From assembly GCA_964640155.1 (NCBI GenBank), contig CAZXEQ010000008.1, positions 30,001 to 62,000 of the forward strand: a stretch of 32,000 nucleotides of DNA, read 5' to 3'. Position numbers and translations under genes: made by a program. Positions within the stretch are counted from its first letter, which is position 1. Every line of letters begins with the position of its first letter. This stretch comes from an uncultured bacterium (GTDB taxonomy: Bacteria; Auribacterota; JACPWU01). The notes under the pieces are model-generated. The model worked only from the letters and a program-made list of their open reading frames with translations, was not told where the DNA came from and did not search any database. Shown one piece after another: positions 19,329 to 26,605 of the stretch.

Positions 19329-19586
19329 GTTTGTTTGATTTTATGCATGCTTATGAGATTAAACGGCTTTAAACTCCTGAACCAGGAAAGGGTACGGGAA
19401 AACAGTCGTTTTCCCGATGAGATTTTGATCCCACCACCTGATAGTTTGCCAGGAGGCAAGCCTCAAAGAGGCGTTCGCTTCGCGAACTCTATTAGGTGGC
19501 GGGATGATTCCTGAGTAGGAAGGATAGATCGAGAAAGGAAACCATAGGTTGCCTTTCTCGGGAGGAGTCCGAAGACGACGACGTGA
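19329..19586 (+). ncRNA. candidate unclassified structured RNA, or relic of an integrated element, between the tRNA-Pro 3'-end repeats
   Basis: Perfect or near-perfect helices: 19395-19403/19408-19416 (9 bp); 19428-19444/19489-19505 (17 positions, 1 mismatch, 1 G-U) enclosing hairpins 19446-19450/19455-19459 and 19473-19478/19482-19487; 19508-19512/19517-19521; 19530-19538/19552-19560 (9 bp) with inner 19540-19543/19547-19550. The segment is visibly more GC-rich than its flanks. I recognised no known family. Confidence 0.35.
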
Positions 19587-19622
19587 AGGAGGTCGGGAGT
19601 TCGATTCTCCCCGGCCCGATAT
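19587..19622 (+). repeat. direct repeat copy 2 (orphan 3' part of tRNA-Pro, att-like)
   Basis: Identical 36 nt to 19293-19328. The sequence upstream of it (GACGACGACGTGA) has no similarity to the 5' part of the tRNA, so this is not a second tRNA gene. Confidence 0.9.
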
Positions 19623-19692
19623 TTTAAAACCATCATTTCATATCTTGTGTTTAGCGGTTAGTAAAAATGAAACAAAGTAGATTGGAGATAAC

Positions 19693-20667
19693 ATGAAAAT
19701 TTTTAGCATGTGTTTTATGTTTGTTCTTGCTGCCATTCTTCCATCTCAAGCAGACTCTGTCAAAAATCAAATTAAATTTCAGGAAATATCCGAAAAGCAG
19801 ACTGTTATATCAATGGAGTTTCAATATTCAAGTGAAGGGAAGGGGACGGTCCTTTTTGAAAAACGAGGATATGATTGGAAAGCTATTGTTCGCGACCCAA
19901 GTCGCAAAATTATAAAAATGCTTGATATTCCTTCCAGTAAGATTTTGGACATAGGTGTGTTAAATCTTCGCGGTGAAGGGGATGAAGATATTTTCTTTGC
20001 AGGTAAACAATCCGGATCAGATTTTCATATTACTCAATTAAGTTTATTAAATACAAAGCAACTTTCGCTGATTACTTTGTCCATGCGATTTGATGATCAG
20101 AAAACACATCCTATTTCAGTTGTAAAGAGATCGGAAAATTTTTCTCAAGAGTTATTGAAACCCGAAAGTGACTTCTTAGAGAAAGTTAAATTCGAATATG
20201 GTTATTTGGATCAGCAAATGATCGAGCAGGATTCTGCAAATCCAAAATATGCTTTTTATTTCTGGGCTAAAGATAATGTAAATCTTGTAAATGGCACCGT
20301 GAAGACTCGTTCCTATCAAGGGTCTGTTTCTGATCTAGGGAAAACAACAGATCAATGGGAGGAGAATGGAATTGAGTATGTTGCCTATAAAATGGGACCG
20401 GTGATTGCTTATAATAAAAGTAAAAACGAACACGTTGTTCTTTATCATCCCAACAGCATGTATCATTGGCCAACAGTATTGCGTAAAGTAAATGAGTATT
20501 TGGTCATTGGAACTAAGGGGGAAGGTCTTATTGTTATTGATCTTAGAAATTTTCGGTTTAAGAGGCATCGTTTCTTTAATCATGATGATGATATAAAAAG
20601 AATTAAGTTGTTGGAAGGCAATAAAGTTCTTGTGAATGACTTTAGAGTAATTCCGTTAAATTGGTAG
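19693..20667 (+). CDS. hypothetical secreted protein
   Basis: 324 aa. Signal-peptide-like N-terminus MKIFSMCFMFVLAAILPSQA, with GGAG upstream of the ATG. I recognised no motif. Confidence 0.7.
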   Translation: MKIFSMCFMFVLAAILPSQADSVKNQIKFQEISEKQTVISMEFQYSSEGKGTVLFEKRGYDWKAIVRDPSRKIIKMLDIPSSKILDIGVLNLRGEGDEDIFFAGKQSGSDFHITQLSLLNTKQLSLITLSMRFDDQKTHPISVVKRSENFSQELLKPESDFLEKVKFEYGYLDQQMIEQDSANPKYAFYFWAKDNVNLVNGTVKTRSYQGSVSDLGKTTDQWEENGIEYVAYKMGPVIAYNKSKNEHVVLYHPNSMYHWPTVLRKVNEYLVIGTKGEGLIVIDLRNFRFKRHRFFNHDDDIKRIKLLEGNKVLVNDFRVIPLNW

Positions 20668-20676
20668 GATTCTCTT

Positions 20677-21999
20677 TTAGAGCGGAGTTGCAACTTCGAG
20701 CATTCGATGATTTGAAATATTTTGATTCATCTCGTGACAAAGTCGCTTGAGTCGATTTATTTCTGAGATTCCCAGCTTTAACATGGGGAAACTTGTCTTA
20801 TTGTGATTCAAAGGTTCATCTAAATCAATCCATTCTCGACACATCTCTCCATCAGGGGTTCCCGGGATAGGGGAAAACTCTGAGAGCATAACTCTAATCC
20901 CTGAACTGTTTGCAAAGCGCATTGAAGCTTCTACATTTTGCGTTTCTCCCTGAGGATGTCCTACAATCAGATAAGCCGTAATATGATTTAAATTGGCTCC
21001 TGCATTTTTAAGATTCTCAATAGCTTGTGCAAACTCATGGGAATATACTTTACCGCCTGTTTTCTTCTGCCATTCATAAGCAGTGCTTTCAAAACCTAAA
21101 TAAAGCATTTTAAAACCAGCTTTTATCATGAGCTTTGCAATTTCTGGAGTGATAAAGCGTGCGTTAAGAGCATTAGGGGTGTGAAATGAAATATGGATGT
21201 TTCTCTCAATGACCTTTTCTAGAAAAGGAATCAAAATTTTGTTTTGTTGATATAAAAGAGCATCATCATAAAAAACGATATTTTTTGCACCAAGTTTTAA
21301 AAGAAATTCCAGTTCATTTAAAGATCTTTCGACAGGATTGGGAATAAATTTCGGATACACTTGAGGAACGGAACAATAGGTGCATCGAAAAGGACAGCCT
21401 TCCGCAAGTTTAAGCACGCCCACACGAAGTTTAGGGTAGATCTCCCATAAAGGGGGTTGTGTAAGATCTGGAGTTATTCCTAAAAGGTTCCAAAGGGGAT
21501 CAAGATTTAATCCTTCAACAATAAAATCTACTTTTAGATTTTTTGCATGATCCGTGCATAAGGTTGCATAAACGCCTCCCAAAATAATTTTTGTTTTTGG
21601 CCAAAACGCTCGAATATCTTCAATCACTTCCTTTACTCCTAAATACCAATAAGTCATGACGGTTTGAACAAAAGCAAAATCAGAAGGAGGATTGTCTTGA
21701 AGAAATTTTTGAAAATGAAGTCTTGGGATTCCATTTCTTCTATAGTTTCGAGGAACATGCTTAAAAACTACAGGTTTAGAAATGATTTCAGAAAGGAATT
21801 CTCCTCGCCCCCATTCGTCGCCGCGAAGAGAAGTTTGATTTATGAGAGGATGCTCGCGATCTAAGAAGTCAAAGAGCTGAAAATGAGTTTCATTTCTTAA
21901 AAAACCAGCAACACGTAACAGGCCAAAAGGTTTTAGCCAAAAATCATATGCGGAAAAATCATAAATAGGTGGATTAACGAGTAAAATACTAGGTTTCAT
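20677..21999 (-). CDS. radical SAM enzyme with an N-terminal B12-binding-like domain
   Basis: 440 aa. ILLVNPPIYDF at the N-terminus is typical of B12-binding-domain radical SAM proteins, and the CxxxCxxC cluster is present in LAEGCPFRCTYCSVP. Confidence 0.88.
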   Translation of the reverse strand: MKPSILLVNPPIYDFSAYDFWLKPFGLLRVAGFLRNETHFQLFDFLDREHPLINQTSLRGDEWGRGEFLSEIISKPVVFKHVPRNYRRNGIPRLHFQKFLQDNPPSDFAFVQTVMTYWYLGVKEVIEDIRAFWPKTKIILGGVYATLCTDHAKNLKVDFIVEGLNLDPLWNLLGITPDLTQPPLWEIYPKLRVGVLKLAEGCPFRCTYCSVPQVYPKFIPNPVERSLNELEFLLKLGAKNIVFYDDALLYQQNKILIPFLEKVIERNIHISFHTPNALNARFITPEIAKLMIKAGFKMLYLGFESTAYEWQKKTGGKVYSHEFAQAIENLKNAGANLNHITAYLIVGHPQGETQNVEASMRFANSSGIRVMLSEFSPIPGTPDGEMCREWIDLDEPLNHNKTSFPMLKLGISEINRLKRLCHEMNQNISNHRMLEVATPL

Positions 22000-22125
22000 G
22001 AAGAAAGATTATAGCACAATATTATTCTTAAATTTATATATCCCATTCCATGAAATGTGCGATTAAAATTGAAAGAAGAATAGGTTTAGAGTACTCTTTA
22101 TCCTCAATAAATGGAGGAGGTTTTT

Positions 22126-22782
22126 ATGACGACAGCAATTGAAACGAATATAGGTGGAATTCCAAAGATTGGTGATATAGCCCCCGATTTTACGGCGATT
22201 ACAACTCAAGGGGAGTTAACGCTTAGTCGGTGGCAAGCCGATTCCTGGGTTCTTCTATTTTCTCATCCTGCAGATTTTACACCTGTTTGTTCGACTGAGC
22301 TTTCAGAATTTGCTCGTCGTGAAGCAGACTTTGCAAAGCGTAATGTAAAATTGATCGGAAATTCAATCGATAGTGTTCATTCTCATCTAGCTTGGCGTGA
22401 GAATCTTCAAAAGATTTTTAATTGTAAAATTAATTATCCGTTAATTGCAGATATCAACATGGCTGTTGCTCAAAAGTACGGGATGATTCATCCAGGGCAG
22501 AGTTTAACTGCAACTGTGCGTGCTGTATTTGTGATTGACCCGAAGAGAGTGATTCGCGCCATTATTTATTATCCTATGAATGTAGGACGCAATGTTGATG
22601 AAATCTTGAGATTGATCGATGGACTTCAAACGGCAGATAAAAATGCTTGCGCAACTCCTGTTAATTGGAAACCAGGGGAAAAGGTCATTGTTCCTCCTCC
22701 TAAGACAGAGAAAGAAGTTGTTGATCGACTTGCAGCTGCTTATGAGAAGCTGGATTTCTATCTTTGTAAGAAGGATATCTAA
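22126..22782 (+). CDS. peroxiredoxin, 1-Cys (Prx6-like) type
   Basis: LLFSHPADFTPVCSTEL carries the peroxidatic Cys in a Prx6-like context. I prefer ATG 22126 over the track start 22111, because 22111-22120 (ATGGAGGAGG) supplies a GGAGGAGG SD for 22126. Confidence 0.9.
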   Translation: MTTAIETNIGGIPKIGDIAPDFTAITTQGELTLSRWQADSWVLLFSHPADFTPVCSTELSEFARREADFAKRNVKLIGNSIDSVHSHLAWRENLQKIFNCKINYPLIADINMAVAQKYGMIHPGQSLTATVRAVFVIDPKRVIRAIIYYPMNVGRNVDEILRLIDGLQTADKNACATPVNWKPGEKVIVPPPKTEKEVVDRLAAAYEKLDFYLCKKDI

Positions 22783-22900
22783 AAACAGTGGATGGTGAAT
22801 AGGGATTGGCAATTGATCGTATCCTAATCCGCATGAAAATTACCTTTCTCTATTCACTATCCTTCATGCACATTCCCTTGTACTTCTTCCCTTTATTTCA

Positions 22901-22929
22901 TTGTAGAGACCTCTATTTTTAGATATAAT
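22901..22929 (+). promoter_or_regulatory. candidate sigma70-type promoter of the hom-thrC-ask-cimA cluster
   Basis: TTGTAG (22901-22906), a 17-nt spacer, then a perfect TATAAT (22924-22929), 30 nt upstream of ATG 22959. Confidence 0.4.
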
Positions 22930-22958
22930 TTTTTCTCCTAATTCTTTACAAAGGGAAT

Positions 22959-24257
22959 ATGAACTCTATAAAAATTGGACTTATTGGATGCGGGACTGTT
23001 GGAAGTGGCGTTGTGGAGCTTCTCTCGAAAAATCGAGATTTAATTGCTTCTAGAACAGGAATTTTTCTTGATTTAAAAAAAATCGCTATTCATGACACTA
23101 AAAAGAAGCGGTCTTCTTTTTTAAACCAGGATTGCTTAACATCAAATCCTGAAGTGGTTGTAAGCGATCCCCAGATTCAAATTGTTGCAGAGTTGATGGG
23201 CGGAATCCATCCCGCCAAAGAATTAATTCTAAAAGCACTTCGAAGCGGGAAACATGTTGTTACGGCCAATAAAGCTTTGCTTGCGCAATGCGGACAGGAG
23301 CTTTTTGAAGTGGCTAACCAATATCAACGCCATCTTTTTTTTGAAGCAAGTGTGGGTGGGGGCATTCCTGTTATAAAAGGACTGCGTGAAGGTTTGGTTG
23401 GAAATCATTTAAAAGCGATTTATGGTATTGTGAATGGAACCTCAAATTTTATTTTAAGCAAAATGAGTTTAGAAGGAGTTGATTTTCAAGAAGCTTTAAA
23501 AGAAGCCAAAAAACTAGGTTATGCAGAAGCTAATCCGCGTTTTGATTTAGAGGGAATTGATTCTGCTCATAAGCTTGTGATTCTGACTTCACTGGCTTAT
23601 GGGCATTGGATTCCACTCAAAAAAGTTTATACGGAAGGTATTACAAAAATCACAGCCCAAGACATTGAACGGGCGAGAGAATTTGGATATGTTATTAAGC
23701 TTTTAGCAATTGCAAAAGATAAAGGTGATGCAATTGAAGCGCATGTGCATCCAACTTTGATTTCACGCCACCATTCGCTCTCTTCGGTGAATGGTGTTTA
23801 TAATGCAATTTTTTACGAGGGAGACTTTGTAGGGCAAGGACTTCTTTATGGGAAAGGTGCAGGCGCAGGTCCTACAGCCAGTGCAGTTGTAAGCGACATT
23901 GTAGATGCGGCAAAAAAGCTTGGAGACATAAAAATTGATTTTGAAGCAAGATCTTTGGCCAAGTCAAAGAATGTTGAAAGTATGGATGAGTTGATTGGAC
24001 GCTCTTACTTAAGATTTTCTGCCCTTGATCAGCCAGGCGTGCTAGCAAAAATTGCTGGGGTTTTAGGTAAACATGGCATCAGCATTTCTTCAGTGATTCA
24101 AAAAGAAAGACACGCCAGCGGTGCGGTGCCTGTTGTTGTGATGACACATCAAGCTAAAGAAAAAAATTTTAGAGAAGCCATTGAAAAGATTGATCAGATG
24201 GATGCGATTCGTTCAAAAACTTTAAGAATTCGAGTAGAAGAGGAAGGTGTCGAATGA
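22959..24257 (+). CDS. hom: homoserine dehydrogenase (with C-terminal ACT domain)
   Basis: 432 aa. Motifs: IGLIGCGTVGSGV (NAD-binding fold), VTANKALLA, GGGIPVIK, GIVNGTSNFIL, and a C-terminal ACT-like segment (DQPGVLAKIAGVLGKHGISI). Confidence 0.93.
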   Translation: MNSIKIGLIGCGTVGSGVVELLSKNRDLIASRTGIFLDLKKIAIHDTKKKRSSFLNQDCLTSNPEVVVSDPQIQIVAELMGGIHPAKELILKALRSGKHVVTANKALLAQCGQELFEVANQYQRHLFFEASVGGGIPVIKGLREGLVGNHLKAIYGIVNGTSNFILSKMSLEGVDFQEALKEAKKLGYAEANPRFDLEGIDSAHKLVILTSLAYGHWIPLKKVYTEGITKITAQDIERAREFGYVIKLLAIAKDKGDAIEAHVHPTLISRHHSLSSVNGVYNAIFYEGDFVGQGLLYGKGAGAGPTASAVVSDIVDAAKKLGDIKIDFEARSLAKSKNVESMDELIGRSYLRFSALDQPGVLAKIAGVLGKHGISISSVIQKERHASGAVPVVVMTHQAKEKNFREAIEKIDQMDAIRSKTLRIRVEEEGVE

Positions 24258-25312
24258 GTTGGAAGGGAATTATTCATGGATACAGACAATTTTTGCCTGT
24301 TACTGAAAAAACACCTATTGTTTCTTTAAATGAAGGCAATACACCTTTAATTTATGGAAAAAATATTAGCGAGAAATTAGGCGCGGGGCTCAAAATTTAT
24401 TTTAAATTGGAAGGGTCTAATCCTACGGGTTCTTTTAAAGACCGTGGAATGACCATGGCAATTTCAAAAGCAGTTGAAGAGGGATCAAAAACTGTCATTT
24501 GTGCATCTACGGGAAATACCTCTGCAGCTGCAGCTGCTTATTCTGCTCGGGCAGGTTTGAAATGTATTGTCCTGGTTCCAAAAAGTGGAATTGCATTGGG
24601 TAAATTGGCTCAAGCTTTAATGCATGGTGCCATTGTTTTAGCTGTGGATGGAAGTTTTGACGAAGCTTTAACCGTTGTGAAAGAGATTGTTGAAACGCAT
24701 CCCATCACTTTGGTTAATTCTATTAATCCTTATCGACTGGAAGGTCAAAAAACAGGAAGCTTTGAAATTTGTGATTGGTTGGAAGGCAAAGCCCCTGATT
24801 TTCATTTTATTCCGGTAGGTAATGCAGGCAATATTTCTGCTTATTGGAAAGGGTATCAAGAATATTTTCAGATAAAGAAAGCTCATCAATTGCCAAGAAT
24901 GATTGGATTTCAGGCTGCAGGAGCTGCTCCGATTGTAGAGGGCCATGTTGTTGAAAAGCCAGAAACGATTGCGACCGCTATAAAAATCGGGAATCCGGCT
25001 AATTGGAAAAAAGCAAGTGAGGCTGTGAAAGATTCAAATGGCTTAGTTGATAAAGTGAGCGACGAAGAAATTTTAAAAGCTTATCAAATGTTGGCCAGAC
25101 TCGATGGAATTTTTGTTGAACCTGCTTCTGCTACAACCTTAGCAGGGATTATAAAGCTTAAAGAAAAAGATTTTTTTGCGAATCGTAAAGAGTCAATCAT
25201 CGTGGCCACATTAACAGGAAATGGCCTTAAAGATCCGGATCGTGCGATTAAAGTAGCTGGAGAACCAAAAGTTATCAAACCTAAAATAGAAGAAGTTTTA
25301 AAATTTATATAA
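24254..25312 (+). CDS. thrC: threonine synthase
   Basis: 352 aa. PLP-lysine motif NPTGSFKDRGMT, and STGNTSAAAAAY. ATGA overlap with hom. Confidence 0.93.
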   Translation: MSWKGIIHGYRQFLPVTEKTPIVSLNEGNTPLIYGKNISEKLGAGLKIYFKLEGSNPTGSFKDRGMTMAISKAVEEGSKTVICASTGNTSAAAAAYSARAGLKCIVLVPKSGIALGKLAQALMHGAIVLAVDGSFDEALTVVKEIVETHPITLVNSINPYRLEGQKTGSFEICDWLEGKAPDFHFIPVGNAGNISAYWKGYQEYFQIKKAHQLPRMIGFQAAGAAPIVEGHVVEKPETIATAIKIGNPANWKKASEAVKDSNGLVDKVSDEEILKAYQMLARLDGIFVEPASATTLAGIIKLKEKDFFANRKESIIVATLTGNGLKDPDRAIKVAGEPKVIKPKIEEVLKFI

Positions 25313-25336
25313 AATTTTTTAAAAGGATTTTAAAGC

Positions 25337-26551
25337 ATGTCGTTGATTGTTCAAAAATATGGTGGTAGCTCAGTTGCAAATCCTGAGCGAATTAAAAATG
25401 TGGCCCATCGTATTGTGGCTGCAAAAAAAGCTGGAAGCAACGTTGTTGCAGTTGTCTCTGCTTTGGGAGATACCACGGATGATTTGATTGAATTGGCAAA
25501 GAAGATTACGGATAATCCGAGCGATCGTGAAATGGATATGCTGATGGCAACAGGAGAGCAAATGTCGGCAGCGTTGCTGTGTATGGCAATTCATGCATTA
25601 GGATATTCAGCCATTTCTTTTACGGGTGCACAGGTGGGAATTTATACAGACAATGTTCATACAAAAGCAAAAATTAGAAGTATCAGTACAGACCGAGTTC
25701 AAAGCGCTTTAAAAGAAGGTCACATTGTTGTTGTTGCAGGTTTTCAAGGAGTGAATGATACTCAAGATATTACAACATTGGGCCGAGGCGGGTCTGATAC
25801 GACAGCAGTTGCTTTGGCTGCGGTTCTTAAAGCAAATACATGTGAAATTTATACGGATGTGAATGGCATTTACACAACGGATCCCAGAGTGGTTCCAGAA
25901 GCAAAGAAAATTCCTGTAATTTCTTATGATGAAATGTTGGAGCTGGCAAGTTTAGGCGCAAAGGTGATGCATTCACGCTCAATTGAATTTGCAAAAAAAT
26001 ATGGTGTAGATATTCATGTAAGATCTAGCTTTAATAATGAAGTTGGGACGATGATTACGGAGGAGGTAAAAGAAATGGAAGATGTCGTGATTCGAGGGAT
26101 TGCAGCAGATAAAGATCAAGCCAAAGTTACGATTAGTAAAGTTCCTGATCAGCCGGGTATTGCTGCGAAACTGTTTAAAATTTTAGCTGATGCACATGTG
26201 AATATTGATATGATCATTCAAAACGTGAGTGAGAAGGGGCATACAGATATCTCATTTACCGTAAGTGAAACGGATTTACCTAAAACGCTTAAAGTTCTTA
26301 AAAATGCATGTGCTGAAGTGGGCGCCCAGAAGCTTGATTCGGATGACAAAATTGCTAAAGTTTCTGTGGTGGGGGTAGGAATGAAAAGTCATTCAGGCGT
26401 TGCTGCAAGCCTTTTTGAAGTACTGGCGCATGAAGGAATCAATGTTGAGATGATAAGCACTTCTGAGATTAAAATTTCCTGTGTCATTCGAAGAGAAATG
26501 GCCGATAAAGCAGTAAAAGCAATTCATAAAAAGTTTGAATTAAATAAATAA
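25337..26551 (+). CDS. lysC: aspartate kinase (alpha subunit; two C-terminal ACT domains)
   Basis: 404 aa. Motifs: IVQKYGGSSV, TLGRGGSDTTAVALAA, YTDVNGIYTTDPR, followed by tandem ACT-like segments. Confidence 0.93.
   Translation: MSLIVQKYGGSSVANPERIKNVAHRIVAAKKAGSNVVAVVSALGDTTDDLIELAKKITDNPSDREMDMLMATGEQMSAALLCMAIHALGYSAISFTGAQVGIYTDNVHTKAKIRSISTDRVQSALKEGHIVVVAGFQGVNDTQDITTLGRGGSDTTAVALAAVLKANTCEIYTDVNGIYTTDPRVVPEAKKIPVISYDEMLELASLGAKVMHSRSIEFAKKYGVDIHVRSSFNNEVGTMITEEVKEMEDVVIRGIAADKDQAKVTISKVPDQPGIAAKLFKILADAHVNIDMIIQNVSEKGHTDISFTVSETDLPKTLKVLKNACAEVGAQKLDSDDKIAKVSVVGVGMKSHSGVAASLFEVLAHEGINVEMISTSEIKISCVIRREMADKAVKAIHKKFELNK
26059..26077 (+). promoter_or_regulatory. internal ribosome-binding site plus in-frame ATG (possible aspartokinase beta-subunit start)
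   Basis: GGAGGAGG (26059-26066), an 8-nt spacer, then ATG 26075, which is in frame (Met247) at the kinase/ACT boundary. Confidence 0.45.
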
Positions 26552-26605
26552 AAACAGTAATTCGTATTTCGTAAAAATGAACTGCGAACTACAGGTCTTA
26601 AAAAT

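Noticed and set aside
19413-19420. Hammerhead-like core fragment CCGAUGAG after the 9-bp hairpin
   Set aside because: The invariant U of CUGAUGA is a C here, and no matching GAAA or helix III arrangement follows.
19391-19460. Partial resemblance to a TPP riboswitch: GGG, a hairpin, AUGAGA, ...CCC, then ACCUGAU...GCCAGGAGG
   Set aside because: The P5 pairing (CUGG/CCAG) cannot form, and CUGAGA is AUGAGA here. The ACCUGAU stretch is instead consumed by a 17-position helix with 19489-19505. The downstream gene is not thiamine-related.
19220-19514. Two track ORFs (19220-19459 minus, 79 aa; 19284-19514 plus, 76 aa) across the tRNA-Pro locus
   Set aside because: Both overlap the tRNA gene and the helix-rich segment. 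They have no SD and odd composition (Arg/Gly/Pro-rich from the GC-rich RNA-like sequence). The region is better explained as non-coding.
19329-19625. tmRNA (ssrA) hypothesis for the structured segment ending in a T-arm and acceptor strand
   Set aside because: The acceptor strand CGGCCCG has no 5' partner in the segment, there is no G3-U70 alanine identity pair, and no reading frame ends in an Ala-rich tag followed by a stop. The 3' part is simply an exact copy of tRNA-Pro.
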